From NCBI GenBank assembly GCA_963814275.1, contig CAWFCE010000002.1:106537-170536 (forward strand): DNA of 64,000 nt, read 5' to 3'. Of this stretch, positions 61,367 through 64,000 are shown piece by piece; positions within the stretch are counted from its first letter, which is position 1, and the number at the start of each line of letters is the position of its first letter. Made by a program: the position numbers and the translations under genes. The notes under the pieces are model-generated. The model was not told the origin of the DNA and did no database searches. It worked only from the letters and a program-made list of their open reading frames with translations. This DNA comes from Candidatus Parcubacteria bacterium. Its GTDB lineage: Bacteria > Patescibacteriota > Patescibacteriia > Patescibacteriales > UBA12075.

Positions 61367-63241
61367 GTGTACGACAAAACCATGAACAAAAAACCTTATC
61401 TCCGCCCAGAGGAAAAAGGAAGCTCTCAAAATAGTAATTTTATAAATTTACCCAAACCGGGTTTTCTGTCCTGCGTCAATGCCGGCGCGCATATCATCGT
61501 CGCATACCAAGCCGGCCGTGATGGGAATATCCCGGTTTTGGCCGTTAACAATAAGAAAACCGCACGCGACTTCCTGAACTGGTTCAAAAACTTCTTAATA
61601 CAGAAAAAAATTAAACCGATAGCCGTAGCTTTGGCGGGATTCGATTGTCCGCAGAAGATCGGAACGCGTCTTTGGCTCGATTTCGATGCCGTCTCCCATT
61701 TTTACGAAAAAACCGGCGGAAATAATGAAGCACTGGCACAAAAATTATTACGGCGGACGGCCGCCGGATACGATAAGGAATTCCGGCCGAAAATCAGGAT
61801 CTATCCGGATCGGAAAGTCAAAGTGTCGACATTGACCGGCCTGGATGCCTACCGTTCATATCCGACGGAACTTGAGTTCGATAATCTGGAGGATCTGGCG
61901 TCGCGCTGCCGCGAGCGGAAACTCAAAGTCGCCTTTATCAATGCCACGGCGGCCGGCGGCGGCGTCGCGATCATGCGGCACGCCCTGATGCGCCTGTACA
62001 GACTGCTCGAAGTCGACTTTGCCTGGTATGTCCTCCGGGAAAACCGGGAAATTTTCCATATCACCAAAAAAAAGATCCATAATGTCCTCCAGGGCGTTTG
62101 TCCGCCGGACGCGATCCTGACAACGGCCGATAAACGCCTATACCAGGAATGGTCCTATGCCAACGCGCAAATCTTACGCGACGTCTTCCGGGATTCCGAT
62201 CTGATCGTTATCGACGATCCGCAGCCGGCCGGATTGATCCCGTATATCAAAAAGGCCAAGCGCCGGATTAAAATCATCTACCGCTCCCATATCCAGATCC
62301 GCGCCGATCTGATCGACACCCGCACGCCCCAGCAATGCGCCACCTGGGATTTCCTCTGGCGTTTCATCCGCCGCGCCGATCTGTTCGTCAGCCACCCGAT
62401 CCCGGAGTTCGTGCCGCAGATGGTGGATCGCGGCAAACTGCTCTATCTGCCGGCCATGACCGATCCGCTGGACGGACTCAATAAACATCTCGGCAGGAAC
62501 CAGCGCGATTATTATTTCGATCTGTTCGACCGGCTGATGGTGGGGTCCGGGCAAGCGCCGCTCGACCGGCGCCGGCCTTATCTGATCCAGATCGCCCGCT
62601 TCGATCCCTCCAAAGGCATACCGGACGTGGTCGAATCGTTCCGGCGCTTGCGCCGCGAATGCGATAAAAACGGCTGGCCAGCCAGCCGTCTGCCGCAATT
62701 GATCATCGCCGGCAACGGTTCGGTCGACGATCCGGAAGGCGCGCCGATCTACGATGAAACCCGGCGCATCCTCGGTATGGACACCTATGCCGCATTGGCT
62801 GCGGACGTCAAAGTCGCCCGTTTGCCCCATTATGACCAGCTGCTGAACGCATTGATGGAGGAAGCAACAATCGCGCTCCAGCTCTCCCACCGCGAAGGTT
62901 TCGAATTCAAAGTGACGGAAGCCCTCTTGGCCGGCAAACCGGTAATCGCCTACAAAACCGGCGGCATCCCCCTGCAAATCCGCCATGCCCGTACCGGCTA
63001 TCTGGTCAAGCCGGGCAACACTAAACAGGTGGCCAAATACGCTTTCCGCCTGCTTTCGGACAAAAACTTTTATCGAACTATGAGCAAAGCCGCCGCAACC
63101 ACGGTCAACCATGATTTTCTGGCCCTGAACAACGCCGTTGCCTGGCTCTATCTGGCGCTCGAAATCACTGACAAAAAACCTTTCTTTGGGAATGGCTCTT
63201 CCGTCCACAACCTGGTACGCGGCGCTTATGGCAAAAAATGA
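61367..63241 (+). CDS. GT4-type glycosyltransferase (trehalose-synthase-like core) with a roughly 170-aa N-terminal extension
   Basis: SHREGFEFKVTEALLAGKPVIAYKTGGIP (E-x7-E) and VIDDPQPAGLIP. The track start is GTG; an alternative ATG lies at 61382. Confidence 0.75.
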   Translation: MYDKTMNKKPYLRPEEKGSSQNSNFINLPKPGFLSCVNAGAHIIVAYQAGRDGNIPVLAVNNKKTARDFLNWFKNFLIQKKIKPIAVALAGFDCPQKIGTRLWLDFDAVSHFYEKTGGNNEALAQKLLRRTAAGYDKEFRPKIRIYPDRKVKVSTLTGLDAYRSYPTELEFDNLEDLASRCRERKLKVAFINATAAGGGVAIMRHALMRLYRLLEVDFAWYVLRENREIFHITKKKIHNVLQGVCPPDAILTTADKRLYQEWSYANAQILRDVFRDSDLIVIDDPQPAGLIPYIKKAKRRIKIIYRSHIQIRADLIDTRTPQQCATWDFLWRFIRRADLFVSHPIPEFVPQMVDRGKLLYLPAMTDPLDGLNKHLGRNQRDYYFDLFDRLMVGSGQAPLDRRRPYLIQIARFDPSKGIPDVVESFRRLRRECDKNGWPASRLPQLIIAGNGSVDDPEGAPIYDETRRILGMDTYAALAADVKVARLPHYDQLLNALMEEATIALQLSHREGFEFKVTEALLAGKPVIAYKTGGIPLQIRHARTGYLVKPGNTKQVAKYAFRLLSDKNFYRTMSKAAATTVNHDFLALNNAVAWLYLALEITDKKPFFGNGSSVHNLVRGAYGKK

Positions 63242-63374
63242 TACAGAACATACATACGCGGCTAAAAAAGTTTACCCGCTAAAACAATCACATTCCATTT
63301 CGAAAAACATTTACGGTTCAACAAACTATAAAATTACCATTATTAATTTATTATTCCAATTTTCCCAAATAACT

Positions 63375-63400
63375 AAAAACGGGCCAGATGGCCCGTTTTA
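63375..63400. terminator. Bidirectional terminator
   Basis: aaaaacgggcc-agat-ggcccgtttt. Confidence 0.7.
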
Positions 63401-63458
63401 TTATTTCGTATATTAACGATTCACGTTCTCTGCCTGCCCCGAGCCGCGCCGAGGGGAT

Positions 63459-64000
63459 TTACGATTTTCGTCGTTTGAGTTCCCCTTCTTTCTTATTCAC
63501 CGCCATCGTCGTTTTGATCACCGTGTCGGGGATCAAACTGATCGAGTCGATGCCGCATTCCACCAGGAAAGTCGCGAAATCCGGGAAATCCGACGGCGCC
63601 TGGCCGCAGATGCCCACTTTGGTACCGGTTTCTTTGCCTACTTCGATCAGGTATTTAATGAGCGTTTTGACCGCTTCATTCTTCTCGTTCGACACCCCGG
63701 CCACCTCGAGCGTGCCACCGGCGTCGCGGTCAATTCCCAGGGTCAGCTGGGTCAGATCGTTCGAACCGATGGAAAAGCCGTCGAATTCCTTGGCGAATTC
63801 ATGGGCCAGGATGATGTTGGCCGGAATCTCGGCCATAACATAGATATCGAGTCCGTTCTGGCCGCGTTTCAGGCCATGCTCGGCCATGATCGACTTCACC
63901 CGCTTGCCTTCGTCCACGGTGCGGCAGAATGGGATCATTACCTTGAGATTCTTGAGGCCCATCTCGTTGCGTACCTTTTTGAACCCCTCGCACTCCAGCC
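63459..64000 (-). CDS. ppsA: Phosphoenolpyruvate synthase / PEP-utilising enzyme, C-terminal TIM-barrel part (runs off the right edge)
   Basis: LECEGFKKVRNEMGLKNLKVMIPFCRT...FSIGSNDLTQLTLGIDRD...GICGQAPSD. The frame stays open to position 64000. Confidence 0.88.
   Translation of the reverse strand, partial: LECEGFKKVRNEMGLKNLKVMIPFCRTVDEGKRVKSIMAEHGLKRGQNGLDIYVMAEIPANIILAHEFAKEFDGFSIGSNDLTQLTLGIDRDAGGTLEVAGVSNEKNEAVKTLIKYLIEVGKETGTKVGICGQAPSDFPDFATFLVECGIDSISLIPDTVIKTTMAVNKKEGELKRRKS

Noticed and set aside
62174-63208. 344-aa minus-strand ORF
   Set aside because: It is the antisense shadow of the glycosyltransferase gene.
1-64000. Alternative genetic code (UGA recoded, as in some candidate phyla)
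   Set aside because: Conserved genes (for example tig) end at TGA at the expected length, and no conserved ORF needs read-through. The standard bacterial code fits.

Overview
This is 64 kb of a compact, gene-dense bacterial chromosome. It reads cleanly with the standard code: TGA, TAA and TAG all terminate well-conserved genes. Most of the window is housekeeping: pgm/pmm-type mutase, gdh, trpS, lgt, rpsT, holA, murI-murD, polA, RNase J, secG, rplT-rpmI-infC, smpB, greA, tig, ppaC, nusA, recQ, and a ppsA fragment. RNA genes I can support by hand are 5 tRNAs (Ala-TGC, Leu-CAG, Gly-GCC, Leu-TAA, Asp-GTC), a tmRNA directly after smpB, and a probable but divergent RNase P RNA. I saw no rRNA and no CRISPR array. 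The reduced gene content and the many intergenic oligonucleotide-word repeats are reminiscent of Patescibacteria/CPR-type genomes; that is inference only. The main hit is an AT-richer accessory segment (about 47.5-52.2 kb) abutting tRNA-Asp. It holds a two-gene RiPP-like cassette: a 50-aa peptide ORF absent from the ORF track (strong SD, C-terminal core SCRCRCSCSDGY) followed by a radical SAM/SPASM enzyme with an N-terminal RRE-like extension. The same segment contains two paralogous 35-codon ORFs whose differences look like purifying selection, and a copy of the tRNA-Asp terminator flank (att-like). Other notable items: a RAYT-type Y1 transposase homolog flanked by inverted GNRA-loop REP hairpins, with one REP copy read in-frame inside its own gene. 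There are att-like duplications of the tmRNA and tRNA-Ala 3' ends. A heptamer-array inverted repeat is translated in-frame inside polA. A riboswitch-like leader with a terminator sits upstream of a GNAT gene. All calls come from reading the sequence and ORF track by eye; no searches or computations were run.
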